Positions 12,422 to 27,010 of a stretch of 64,000 bases of DNA are shown piece after piece; within the stretch, counting starts at the first letter, position 1, and the number at the start of each line of letters is the position of its first letter. The notes beneath the pieces were generated by a model. That model was not told the DNA's origin. It saw only the letters and a program-made list of their open reading frames with translations, and did no database searches. The stretch lies in the NCBI GenBank assembly GCA_965112735.1, contig OZ218960.1, positions 1,984,001-2,048,000 of the forward strand. Direction: 5' to 3'. The stretch is from Phaeosaccion multiseriatum. Taxonomy: Eukaryota > Protista > Ochrophyta, other classes. Position numbers and translations under genes: made by a program.

Positions 12422-12708
12422 TCGGCCCTGGAAGAGGTTACAGTGTGCGCCGGTCATAATCAGTAATCAGGCCGGCTGGCGCCAATAATCAGTAATCAGG
12501 CCGGCTAGCGCCCGTCATAATCAGTAATCAGGCCGGCTGGCGCCGGTCATAATCAGTAATCAGACCCGGCTGGCGCCGGCCATAATCAGTAATCAGGCCC
12601 GGCTGGCGCCATAATCAGTAATCAGGCCGGCTGGCGCCGGCAGTAATCAGTAATCAGGCCGGCTGCGCCGGCCGTAATCAGTAATCTGATAACCTCTTCC
12701 AGGGCCGA
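12422..12708. mobile_element. MITE-like element: 19-bp perfect TIR, 6-bp TSD, internal ~30-bp tandem array
   Basis: TIR TCGGCCCTGGAAGAGGTTA (12422-12440 / 12690-12708); TSD GTAGAT (12416-12421, 12709-12714); ~8 units of ATAATCAGTAATCAG+GCCGGCTGGCGCCGG. Confidence 0.85.
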
Positions 12709-13320
12709 GTAGATGCGCCTGACTTGAAAAGAGGACGTCCTTGCGGTCCTGCCAGCGGCGAGTAGGCGACACAAGACAGTCTGTAGGTAAATGAATGATG
12801 GAGAGTTGATCCATAACCACAGCCCGTAGCACCGCTCCACCCTCTCCCTGCCCTCCGCTCCGGGCCTAAGACTCTCCCGAGCCCTCTTCGTGGGGGAAGT
12901 GGCGCCCTCTACCCCTGCGTGGCGGCAGTGATGCCTCTTGCTTCTGAAAGCACCCACGTCTTCTCTCCTGCTCCTCCCATCGCCTCTCTCACGTGATCGA
13001 TCACATGGAATACCAACACGAGGAGGACGAGAACGCCGGACTAGTACACGCGCCTGCTCTGCTCCTCTGCTGCCATCCATCCCCCTCTTACGGAGGAAGT
13101 GCAGGGGGTTGGTGCACTGCTCCTACCCCTTCTGTGATTGTGACTGACGGTTGGCGCGGCCCGTACCGCCGGTGCTACTGGCTGGGCCATGGGCTAACTC
13201 CTCATCCTCATGCTACACGATTTGGCACAGTGAACACAAAACTACACCTCTACACGCCTATTATGTAAACGGTTGCCTGTGCCCCGTTTCTCTCGTCGCT
13301 CGCCCACACCCAGTCACAGG

Positions 13321-14970
13321 TCACGGCTCCCAAGGCTGAGGATGGCTGGCCCTATTCCCACCCCCTGCTGCCACCACTACATCTCTGACGTCTCTACATC
13401 TCCGTACCTCTTCTACAAAGGCTCTGGCACTCGAACTCAACTCATCCGCTTGTTGGGCAGCGCCCCGATACATGGTGGCTCCCAATGCGAACCCGTGAGC
13501 CCCGCTTCGGGTGTATGCCTCTAACATGTCTACGGTCACACCACCAGCCGCGATGACGCTGGTACCCCGGGGGAGCTTGCCAACGAGCTCTCTCAGACAC
13601 TCGGGCGTCACGACATCAGACGGGTACAGCTTAAGAATGTCCGCGCCCAAACTCAGAGCATGAAGGGCGTCCGGCAGCGACGCCACGCCTGTTGGGGAGG
13701 GGAGGGGAGGGGAAGGATGCTTCAGACCATATTCTTTGGGTTCTTGAGGGTCGGAAGCAAGGTTCCACTTGCGAGCGGGTGGCGGGTGGGGGGGTGGCGC
13801 GTCTCGTGCTGAGCGCTTCGGTCGGTCCCCGCACGGTATGCGCCGGGCAGGAGAGTGAAGGGGTGCGGAAGAGAGAGAGAGAGAGAGAGAGAGATGTTTG
13901 CAGCCAGCACGGATAGAGAGGCAGTCTCTAGCTCTCCCAGCTCTCTCAGCTCTCTCAGCTCTCTCAGCTCTCTCCCCTCTTGACCCTTGCATTTACCTGG
14001 AATACTGATTAGCCCGAGCGCCTTCGTTGCTTGCACGACTCGAGCGTCGAGGTGCGGGCTGCTGATGAACGCCGCGCCTGCCGCCGCTAGAGCGCTGATC
14101 TACAGTTGTGCCATCACGGAGAGGGGAGGGTGCGAGGTGTGAGGCGAGGTGAGGCTGGAAGCGATCTCAGTGCAAGAGCCTTGACGCGGCAGCGAGCATT
14201 GGGCCGGAGCACGCCAAGCCAGAGCCCTAACTTGCCTGCTGAGCGTCTCTGACTCCCGAGGCCCCGACTACGCTTGACGACGACGACCATTGCGATGGCG
14301 ACGACGAGCCTGGCATGGAGGAGTCAGGCGTTGAGGAGCCAGGCATTGGGGACTGCCTCTGTGTCAGCCGCCGGAGAATGCGCAGTACATCAGGACTGTT
14401 TGCGGTGATGGACATCATGCGGAAGCCCGCCCTCCACAGCGCATCGGCAGTCAAGTCGATGGTCTCCAGCGGAGGGGCTTTGAGCACGGCGATAAGAGGG
14501 CGGGCGAACAGCCCCCTCTGCTGATCGAGGGAGTGGCCGCCTGCGGCTGGAGCTGCTGCTGGAGCTGCTGCCGGAGTTGCTGATGGAGGAGGAGGGTGGG
14601 ACCTCGCTGCTCGCAAGTGAGACGCGTCCTCGCCCTCGTCCTCTGGCCATCCATCATCGTCGCCCTCAAAGCCTTGCAAGGCACTTCCCCTTCTGCCGCT
14701 GAAGCTACGGTCTCTGGGATGATGTCGCCTGTTTCTCCTCCACTCTTCCCAGCGGGTTCCATCCACAGACCCGCACAGGAAGCATAACGGAGAGGCGACA
14801 GCAGAGGCCGGCACTAACATGCCATTCGTCCCACTCCTCTGCCCCTCCCCGCCTCCCAAGGCGCCAAAATAGTCAGCAGAAGCACCGCTATTCGTGAGGA
14901 CGAGACCCACACACGGGATGTAGCGCCCTAGAGGTCGCCGTCGCTTCTGGCCTGCACGTGGGGCATTCAT
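13321..14970 (-). CDS. KDPG/KDPGal (Eda/DgoA-family) class I aldolase-like protein with N-terminal extension, 3 exons
   Basis: PLIAVLK..AGFRMMSITANSP..VGASGV / AAGAAFISSPHLD..LISIPG / ALSLGADILKLYPS..VIAAGGV..GAHGFALG; start uncertain (15054, 14970 or ~14820); first intron is GC-AG. Confidence 0.8.
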
Positions 14971-15093
14971 CCTCCTCTTTATTCTTGATTGCTTGATACT
15001 TCCCCTGGATCTCCCCTGCTCCCCTTCGTTCAGCAGTTGGTTCTCGAAGGTCATTTGTCATTTTTGCAATCTTTGCTTCTCAGCAGCCAAGAG

Positions 15094-18000
15094 ATGGAGC
15101 TCTTAGCTGCGCTCTCGCTGCTTTTCATGCTCCACCGCATCCAGCAGGCCACGGCTTTCCTTGCCCCCTCTTCTTCTGGACGTGTGGGCCTGGATTATAG
15201 ACTTCAACGAGCAGCGAGAGCAGGAGCAGGAGGAGAGGGGTTGGCTGGAGTAGTGCGAGGGCGGGGGCTGAAGAGACGCATACATGGCTCCCATCAGCGC
15301 AGTATTAGGTATTATACCAAGTCACAGCTTGGGCGAGCGAGCAAGCTCTTTGGATCCATAGGAGAGGCAAGGGAGGAGGATGAACCGGGCTGGATTCACG
15401 ACCCGTGGGAGAAGGGCGTACGCTTTAGCTTGGAGGTACAGCAGGTGCTCCACAAAGAGCAGAGTGGGTTCCAAAAGGTGAGGACAGGACCTTATATGCG
15501 TGTATGGCTTACAAAGGCAAAGTGTAAAGCTTGCAAATGCTAATCTCACTACCTGCTTCTGCTCATGCTCATGTGAGCGGTTGGCTGCGGCGGTGGTGCT
15601 CTCTTTGTCTCAATCACACCACATGCCTTCGATGTAGGTCAACCCACCCTTCTCAGTCTCCCCACTCACCATCTCTTGCCTCGTCCGCGACCATTGCTCG
15701 GTCTCAGATCGAGGTGGTGTCCACACCGTTCCATGGGCGAGTGCTCGTGCTGGATGGGGCCTTCCAGTGCGCAGAGAGGGACGAGGCAGGGTAAGGAAAG
15801 GGTGCTCACAAATCTTCCTTCTCTTTGCTATCATCTCTTGCCGCTACCTGTCCCGCCCCCCCCCCTCACTTTGTCACTCTGCCTCAGCGCAACGCTCCTC
15901 TCCTCCTCGTCTTGACACTCGCCCGCCCCTCCCCCCTCGTCCCTTTTGCAGATACCACGAAATGCTTGCTCACGTCCCCCTCTGTCGAGCGGGGGCGACT
16001 CAGGAGGGCGTAGAGGATAAGAAGAAGAGAGCCCTCATCATCGGAGGTGGGGACGGAGGCACGGCACGAGAGATACTGCGGCACTCAGACATGGAGAGCG
16101 TGGACTTGGTGGACATTGATAAGAGCGTGTTCGATGTGGCTCGACGCTTTCTCCCGAACATCTGGAGACACCCCGACTCCACAGACGAGCGTTACATGGC
16201 TATCGACGACGACCCCCGCCTCACGCTGCACACCAAGGACGGCTTGGCCTTCGTCAACGTACGTGGTAGGAGTCTTATGGTAGACAGTGGTATAGAAGTA
16301 GCGCCGTAGACCCGACGCCTTTCGTCCCCATGCCATGCTCTTGTGGTGCGAGTGGACCACGTGGATTGGACGTTCCGTGGTGTTGTGCATCCTGTACCCG
16401 GCGAGAAGAGAAGCCCACCGCCTTCCTCCTCCTCCTCCTCCTCCTCCTCCTCCTCCTCCTCCTCCTCCTCCTCTTGCCCACCCCTCAGGACGAGTCTGTG
16501 GGGCAATATGACCTCATCGTTGTGGACGCCAGCGATCCTATCGGCCCCGGCTGCGCGCTCTACTCGCAGAGCTTCTACTCGGCCCTCAGGCGGCGCCTCA
16601 ACAAGGGGGGGGCCGTGGCCGTGCAGGGGGGCTCGTTTTGGTACCTCCCCTTGGTCTTTCGGACGGTCTATCATGGCCTCAAGAGCGCTTTCCCCGTGGT
16701 GAAGCCGTACGAGTGTTTCACGGCACTGTATCCCGGGGGTGTGTGGAACCTCCACTTGGCCACTTTAGGTGCGTTTTGTCTTGTTTTGTTTGCGTTGTAT
16801 GTGACACTTAACGGCTTGTGATTCGCCCCCGTGTTGAGTGTGTTGAGTGGGGTTTTGTCGTCCGGGTAGGGTATACCCTTGTCCCCCTATGTATGCGTTG
16901 GGCGCCTCGCTCCTCATGTCGTTCATCCCAAACGCTCCATCAGTTTCATGTTCCTTTTTTTATCAGACCCTACCCAGTCATCCGCGAAACTGCCATTCCC
17001 TAATCTGCACTCATACAGGCGATGACCCTTCGCTGGTGGACGAGGCTCGGGCAGAGGCCTTGTGCTCCTCTTCCTCCAAGTCGAAGGGACGGGGCTTGAT
17101 GTTCTACTCCTCCGCCCGCCACTCCTCGGCCTTCGCTGTCCCTCCCGTTGCCCTGAGGGAGCTACATGATAAGCCAGCGCCCACCCTGGAGGAAACAACC
17201 GCGGACCTCAATGCCATTATGGGCTACGGGGGGGAGGGAGAGGAGCTGTCCCAGCAGCAGCAGCAGCAACAGCAACAGCAGAAGGAGCAGGAGGAGCAGT
17301 CGCAGGATCAGGAGTGGTGGGACACAGAGGTGGAGACAGCGCTAAGCGGCATCATCCACCAAGCCGTGAAGGAGTCGGAGGAGGGATGCAAACCCATTGC
17401 CGCGTTCGACGCCGATGGCACCTTATGGGACGTTGACGCGACCGAGCTGCTGCTGGCTTGGGTTGGTAAAGGGGGGGGAGAGGGGAGAGGGGGGAGCGAG
17501 GCGGGGGGGGGGGAAGAAGAGGGGGGAGAGGTGTCGCACTGGTGTGGCTGGCGGGAGCGGCACGGAGACTTTGAGCGGAGGTACTATAACATGCTTCAAG
17601 AGGGGCGCAAGGCAGAGGCATATGGCTACGCGGCTCAGCTCTTCGAGGGCATGTCTCTGACGGACATTGAGCGGTTGGCAAAGGAGTCCTTCGAGGTCAA
17701 TGTCAAGCATCGCATCTTGCCGGAAATGGTGAAGCTTGTCACCGACTTGCGAGCCGCAGGGTGGAGGGTGTGTATCGTCACTGCGAGTCCGCGATGGGTG
17801 GTAGAGGAGGGGGCAAGGGCGCTTGGAGTGAGCCTAGACGACGTGCTCGGGATTGAGGTGGAGGTGGAGGAGGGCCAAGCGACAGACCGATTGGTCATGC
17901 CGCTCACTCTGCGGGAGGGGAAAGTCAAGGCCCTTGAGGTGAGTGTGTGTGACTTGTATTCTGAGAGTTGAGGGGGAGGGGGGGAGAGGGGAGGGGAGGG

Positions 18001-18567
18001 GAGAGGGGAGGGGGTGAAGAGCGGTGAAAGGCGCCGTGGTTCCTCATCTGAACGGGCACTCGTGAGGCATTGTCAGCACTACTTTCATGTGTGTGGTCGT
18101 TGGCACTCAGTGCTCCCTTCCCGGACTTGGTTGCTCGCTGGCTTTAGGGAACATCACAGCCTCAGCGCCTAACACTCGTGTGCGAATGGAGCGATCGCTC
18201 CCGTCTTGTCCTTTCGTGTCGGTCCTCTCTCTCCCTTATCTCCCTCTCTCTCTAATCTCTCTCTCTCCCTCTCTCTCTCCCTCTCTCTCTCTCTCTCTCC
18301 CTCGCTCCCTCCCTCCCTCCCCCCCTCTCCCTCTCTCTCCCTCTCGTACCACAGGCCAGATACAGTAGCCCTCCCGCCCTGGCCGCCGGCAACTCCCTCG
18401 ATGACGGCCCTATGCTCAAAATGGCCAGCCACGGCCTCGTCGTCGACCCCGCCCTGAGCGACGAGCTGCAGACCTTGGCGGAGACGCAAGGGTGGCTCAG
18501 GCATTCCTCGTCTCTGCTGGCCGCCGCTGCGAGGCAGAACCAAGTGTCGGCAAGGGAGGGAGGATAA
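15094..18567 (+). CDS. Plastid-targeted spermidine synthase (aminopropyltransferase)-HAD phosphatase fusion, 6 exons
   Basis: Signal peptide ending ATA-FL; VLDGAFQCAERDE, YHEMLAHVP, LIIGGGDGG, VDID, YDLIVVDASDPIGP; then AAFDADGTLW, IVTASP, GKVKAL, AGNSLDDGPML; exons ~15094-15477, 15708-15790, 15952-16258, 16489-16768, 17019-17938, 18355-18567. Confidence 0.88.
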
Positions 18568-18739
18568 AGAAGAGAAACGAAAAAGATGGTAGTTCGTGGT
18601 AGGGATGGCACTTTCCTCCCCTTTTCTTATTTCGCAACAAAACTTGAAAGAGAGTTAGCTCCATCGCAGGGGAGAGGACACGAGAGATCCACGGGCTCTA
18701 CGTTTGCCTTCTCCATCAGAGGATCTTAGAAAATAGACC

Positions 18740-21201
<2,462 letters not shown>

Positions 21202-21986
21202 GGAGGGAGGGCCGTGAGACGGACAGACAGAGAGACAGACAGAGAACACAGGGGGGGAGGAGGGCTGCGAGACAGATACACAGGGCGGAGGAGAGAGGGA
21301 GCGCTGGAGCGGAGTCTCTCGTGTACATATGGACAGGGACGAGGCGGGTGGTGAGGCACGATTCGGCACCAGTGTGAGTGTGGAGGGGGGTGGTGAAGGA
21401 CGATTCGGCATCATTGTGGAGTGTGGAGGGCTCTCTGACTCTCTCAACCAACGCCTCACTGCGAGCGGTGGCGTCGCTGAGGGGGGCGCACACACACACG
21501 CACGCACACACACAGAGAGAGAGAGAGGGGGAGAGAGAGGGGGAGAGAGAGGAAGAGAGGGAGACTCACACACACACAGCGCCTCCCTCGGTCGGTGTGC
21601 GCTGAGCTGAGTTGAGGCCCCCCTTGGGCTTCGGGAATTGGGCCTTCGGAATTGGGCCTCGGGTCGGCAGGGGCGAAGGAGCGGGGTGGGGGGTGGGTGG
21701 GAGTGCGCGTCGTGGAGGGGCTGCCGCAGGCGCTTGCCTGCTCAAGACCTTGTTGGGTCGGTCTCGCGCGCGGATGGGAACACAGGAGTCGTTACAGCAA
21801 CAATCAACTCAGGTCACATCTCAATCATATAAATGAATTTTAAGTACTTGTCATCGCTTTGTACGGTGTGAAAAAGGCCTTTGGGTGTAGTGCCACTGCC
21901 TGTAGCGGACGAACATAACCACTCCACTTCACGACTTCACCTGACTTGCTTACTTCACTCCTCTCTCGCTACTGCACTACGTCACA

Positions 21987-22508
21987 CTACCCCACTACTT
22001 GGCTCCATGCCCCCCCGTCGGCTGTGTTCTGTGGTGCTTCGGTTTGGCGCGCTTCGGCGCGTGCTGCCGTTGCGAACTCCGGCGTGTTCCTAAATTTGAC
22101 CAAAAGGTTCATCTCGAGCATTTGAGACACCGCGTGGTAAGCCCTGCTCGATGGACGAGAGAGCGACGCAAGGCCAGGCACACAGAGGCACAGAAGGAGG
22201 GAGGGAGGGAGGAAGGAAGACGGACGGAAGGAAGGAAGGAAGGGAGGGAGGGAGGGACAAGGCAAACCGAACCAGAACGACGAAGGGATCGACGTGAAGG
22301 GAAAGAGGGGGGCGGGGAGCAGCGGGGGCACATCCAAGTTAAGCCATGTGGAATGGAAGTCAAGTGAGGTCGAGTGAAGGCAACAACTGCGAACATCCGT
22401 CCCACCCTTATGGGTCCACCCCCCCCCCCCCACCTCTGTCTATTTCTCCTCTCTCCCTCCCTCTCTCTCTCTCGTCTCTCTCTTCTCTCTCTTCTCTCTA
22501 TCTCTCTC

Positions 22509-22544
<36 letters not shown>

Positions 22545-25500
22545 CTTGCGTCCTTTACCATCCACTCACTTGCTGAAGCAGGCGCTCTGCTTCTCGATGG
22601 GCATGGTCAAGAAAGCCTCCTGGTCCTTGTGATGGGCAAGGAGCTCCTTCTTGGCGGCCGAGCTGATGTTCACCTCGTACATCGCGCAGTCCCTAATGTA
22701 CTCATCAAGGATACGACCCATATGCTCGAAGCGTTGTTCTCCCGCCAGCGGGTGCGGTACGCCGCCTTGTTGCCGCTCCGCATCAAGGCGGCACTTGGCA
22801 GTGTACTTGTCAACCTGCTCCATGAGTTCAAGCAAGGGCCATTCAAGCAGCCAAGGGGAAGGGTGAAGACTGTGTTGCCAGGTTCTGATTCGACTCTTCT
22901 ATCTCTCCCTCCCTCCCGCCTCCCTGCCTCCTTCCTTCCTTCCTTCCTTCCTTCCTTCCTTCCTTCCTTCCTTCCTTCCTTCCTTCCTTCCTTCCTTCCT
23001 TCCTTCCTTCCTTCCTTCCTTCCTTCCTTCCTTCCTTCCTTCCTTCCTTCCTTCCTTCCTTCCTTCCTTCCTTCCTTCCTTCCTTCCTTCCTTCCTTCCT
23101 TCCTTCCTTCCCTCCCTCCCTCCCTCCCTCCCTCCCTCCCTCCCTCCCTCCCTCCCTCCCTCCCTCCCTCCCTCCCTCCCTCCCTCCCTCCCTCCCTCCC
23201 TCCCTCCCTCCCTCTCTCCCTCCCTCCCTCCCTCCCTCTCCCTCCCTCCCTCCCTCCCTCCCTCCTTCCTTCCTTCCTTCCTTCCTTCCTTCCTTCCTTC
23301 CTTCCTTCCTTCCTTCCTTCCTTCCTCTCTTCCTCTCTTCCTCTCTTCCTCTCTTCCTCTCTTCCTCTCTTCCTCCCTCCCTCCCTCCCTCCCTCACCTC
23401 GAGCAGAAACATCAGACTCTCCTCACACAGAGCGCGATGCACAAAGGCCGAGAAGACCTCTCCCATGACCGGCCCATGAATGATGGCGTCAAGGTTCCAC
23501 TTTGCGTTAACAGCAGACGCCTCTGCATCCGAGAGGGGCACACCGCTGCTTGCCTTTCTTCCAAATGTCCTCCCGAGCGTCACTCCAAACGCCCCCCCCT
23601 TTCCCCTACCCGCACCGCCTCTATCCGCAGACACAGACTCGTTGTTGTAACCGACGTTATTGTTCTCGTCGTCGTCGTCGTCCACACTGCTTCCGCACAC
23701 GACTGTGGGCGGTTCCAAGTGTCCGTCAGTGAGGAAGTTGATGTCGTCCTTACTCAGGCCGCTCATGACCAGCGATCTGCGGTGACGGTGTGCGAGAGGG
23801 GGGGGTGCAGAGAAGGGATGGCAGTGGATGGAGTGAGGAGACCAGTGATCCAATCCGTTGACCTCTGGGACGGAGGGAGGATGATGGCGCAATCAAAGGT
23901 TTCGCATCGCTTCTTGACCGGTGACCCCTCTTCCAATCTCCTCTCGCACCCTTTCTTCCTGCTTTTATTTGAGGGCTCTTCTGTGGGCTGCCCTTCCCCT
24001 TCTTCAAACACATACACACACGCACACACACAAACACTTCCGGCTCTGTGATGTATCTACCCGTCCCCTCGCCCCTTCTTCGCGCACGCAATCGCCTGGC
24101 CCTCCTCACCCATTGTCCGTCCTCAGAGCTCTCAGCGGCTGCACCACAGACACAAAGAACACGACGAGGTCTAGAAGCACGGCCAAGTCACCACGCTTCA
24201 ACGTGTACTGCGCAAGGGAGTACCAAGGGTCCTTGTCTGGGGAGGAGGAGGAGGAGGAGGAGGAGGAGGAGGAGGAGGAGGAGGAGGAGGAGGAGGAGGA
24301 GGAGGAGGAGGAGGAGGAGGAGGAGGAGGAGGAGGAGGAGGAGGAGGAGGAGGAGGAGGAGGAGGAGGAGGAGGAGGAGGAGGAGGAGGAGGAGGAGGAG
24401 GAGGAGGAGGAGGAGGAGGAGGAGGAGGAGGAGGAGGAGGAGGAGGAGGAGGAGGAGGAGGAGGAGGAGGAGGAGGAGGAGGAGGAGGAGGAGGAGGAGG
24501 AGGAGGAGGAGGAGGAGGAGGAGGAGGAGGAGGAGGAGGAGGAGGAGGAGGAGGAGGAGGAGGAGGAGGAGGAGGAGGAGGAGGAGGAGGAGGAGGAGGA
24601 GGAGGAGGAGGAGGAGGAGGAGGAGGAGGAGGAGGAGGAGGAGGAGGAGGAGGAGGAGGAGGAGGAGGAGGAGGAGGAGGAGGAGGAGGAGGAGGAGGAG
24701 GAGGAGGAGGAGGAGGAGGAGGAGGAGGAGGAGGAGGAGGAGGAGGAGGAGGAGGAGGAGGAGGAGGAGGAGGAGGAGGAGGAGGAGGAGGAGGAGGAGG
24801 AGGAGGAGGAGGAGGAGGAGGAGGAGGAGGAGGAGGAGGAGGAGGAGAGGGAGGGTGGAAGGAGGAGGAGGAGGAGAGGGAGAATGGAAGGAGGAGGAGT
24901 GAGGGCCGGGGTAGAGTGAGCTGTAACAAAATGAAAAGAACACAAGAAGTCAGTGTATAAAGTATACAGAGCAACTTGAGAAACGAGCGCTCTACTTGCA
25001 TATTGATATTCTCTCGATCCTTCGCCCTTGCACTTCCTCCCTCCCTCCCTCACTCACTCACTCCCTCACCCCCTCCCTCCCTCCCCCACCACTCACTTGT
25101 GTCTACCGCATGCGTGAGAACGTGCGAGTACGCCGTAGTGGAGAAGTGTAGCAAGGTGACCACGCACACTTCCGTGCTGAGGCTGTACAAGTCATTCACA
25201 TTAGAGAGCGCAGGCAGCATTACCCTTTCAGTAGCGAGGCAGCGATGTGAGGGAGAGAGAAGGGGGAGAAGGGGGAGAGAGAGAGAGAGAGAGAGAGGGA
25301 GGGGGGGAGGGAGCGGGGGGGAGAGGGGGAGAGAACGAAAGAGAGAGAGTGCAATGAGTCATGAGTCAGAAGTCAGCCCGCACATGAGGGGAGATAGTCA
25401 CGCCGGAGATGCCCACCGCGCATTCATTTTCGCTTTGGATTGGCGTGCCTGTTTTCCATTCGAGAAAGATTCAGTTCACGACTCGCCGCACCAAGTGCTC

Positions 25501-26841
25501 CGGTACGCAGAGAGAGCACTCAGACGGAGCGCAGAAAGGGAGAAGATGAGACCAAGGAGCGCACAGAGGAGAGCAAAGTCCACAGCAGGCGCAGAGACGG
25601 CAGGGGAAAGGCAAGGAGGAGGAAGGAGGGGGGGGCATATCTTCCTCCTCGGGAGGGGGGCGGCGGCTTGGCTTACAGAAGGGCGGTCACGAAGACGTAG
25701 TTCGAGGTCCTCAAAACGTCTTGCAACTGCCCTATGCCACTCGGGGTGGTGGCGTCGTATACCAGCAGTGGAAACACCGCAAAGGCGAAGAGCGATAGAC
25801 ACACCAGGAAGCCCATCAGGGTGCTCTCTCTCATCAGGCGGGGCGGCACTCTGGCTCGGAGCTTTCCATTGTACATGACCAGCAATCTGAGACAGAGGTG
25901 AATGGATGGAATAGAGCAGGTTCAGTCAGGGGCGAGGGAAGGAGCATCATAGAAAGGAGAGTGACACGCATTGATTACAAGGAGAAGGAATGGGGGTGTT
26001 GAAGGTTTGCTCTCAGTGCTGGACGGGTTGGAGCGGCAGACGGGGGGGGGGGGCAGTTACGAGACGTCGGTACATGAAGGCCAACACAGCACGATCGCCC
26101 AGGTACCCGAGTGAATACCGCACACATCCATCGGCAGAGACATGCCCGCCTCAACCCGAGGCTCCGAAGAAAGCTGCTCACCTGCTCGCTCGCATGAAGT
26201 ACGCCCCCAAGACTAACGGCTGCCTCAGGAAGACGACGAGCATGATGGCCGTGTAGTGGTACGATGTGCTGTCGAACAGGTAGTACGTTGTGGAGGTGAG
26301 CAGAGTGACGAAGCTGGAGAGAAGGAGAGCTGCTCCGCTCACAAGAAGGAGTTTGGGGGAGCGCACTAAAAGGTCGTGTGTGTGGCGCTTCCTCCACAGC
26401 AGCACCAGGGCAATAAGGCCCGCAAGAGTCGATGTGATCATCAAAACGAACTTGATCCACTCTATGCCGATCTCGGCTTGCGAGGGCGGAGTGAGCAGCC
26501 TATTGATGGACAGAACATGCATGTCACAAACGTGAAGAAGGAGAGGGGGTTGAGAGACCGATGGAGACAGTCTCAAGTACCGGCAGAAGAAGGATTGGTC
26601 GTAAAATGCAGCTACGCCGGCCCTACACGCAGAGCCTTTACTCCCCCCACCTGTTGTACGCAGAGTACGCAGAGTACGTCTCGCTGCTATCACTCTGCTG
26701 CTGATCTGCCTGCAAGAGTCCCATCTGTGCAGAGGATGCGCCCATCAAGGCAAAGTCGTTCTGGTCTGTGTCTGTGGTGGTCCCTGAAGTCTCCACCTCC
26801 ACCTCCACAGCTCTCCTTCGCAGGTGGCCATGAGAAGCCAT
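21987..26841 (-). CDS. Seven-transmembrane RGS-domain protein (7TM-RGS), ~8 exons
   Basis: Seven hydrophobic segments in exons at 26480-24109, followed by RGS motifs FSAFVHRALCEESLMFL, EYIRDCAMYEVNIS, AYHAVSQMLEMNLLVKFRNTPEF. Confidence 0.8.
22915..23395. repeat. Intronic (CCTT)n/(CCCT)n microsatellite
   Basis: Directly visible; purine-rich on the transcribed strand just after a donor. Confidence 0.9.
24241..24846. repeat. Pure (GAG)n tract of ~600 bp
   Basis: Uninterrupted GGA repeat; reads (CCT)n on the transcript, abutting the acceptor of a 7TM-RGS exon. Confidence 0.95.
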
Positions 26842-27010
26842 CCTGAGGTACTGTTCTACCAGGTTAGTATGCCACCATGCAGATTAGCATGCCACCATGT
26901 CTTTTTGAGATTCCGCACACTCTCACGTACAGCAACATGTAACGCTTGTTGACATATTCGTTACTTTCCCGCCATATTGGCGCTGCCACTGACGAGACCG
27001 CTTCATGGTA

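Noticed and set aside
12450-12690. CRISPR-like repeat/spacer appearance
   Set aside because: The intervening segments are near-identical rather than unique spacers, there are no cas genes, the context is eukaryotic, and the array lies inside a TIR/TSD-bounded element
1311-14970. Entner-Doudoroff gene cluster (PGL + aldolase)
   Set aside because: The genes are 11 kb apart with unrelated genes between, no dehydratase is present, and the aldolase active site is atypical
23921-25053. Long poly-E/R/S/L/P ORFs
   Set aside because: Artefacts of stop-free (GAG)n intronic repeats; the same applies to ORFs at 6125-7433, 9488-10144 and 22374-23468
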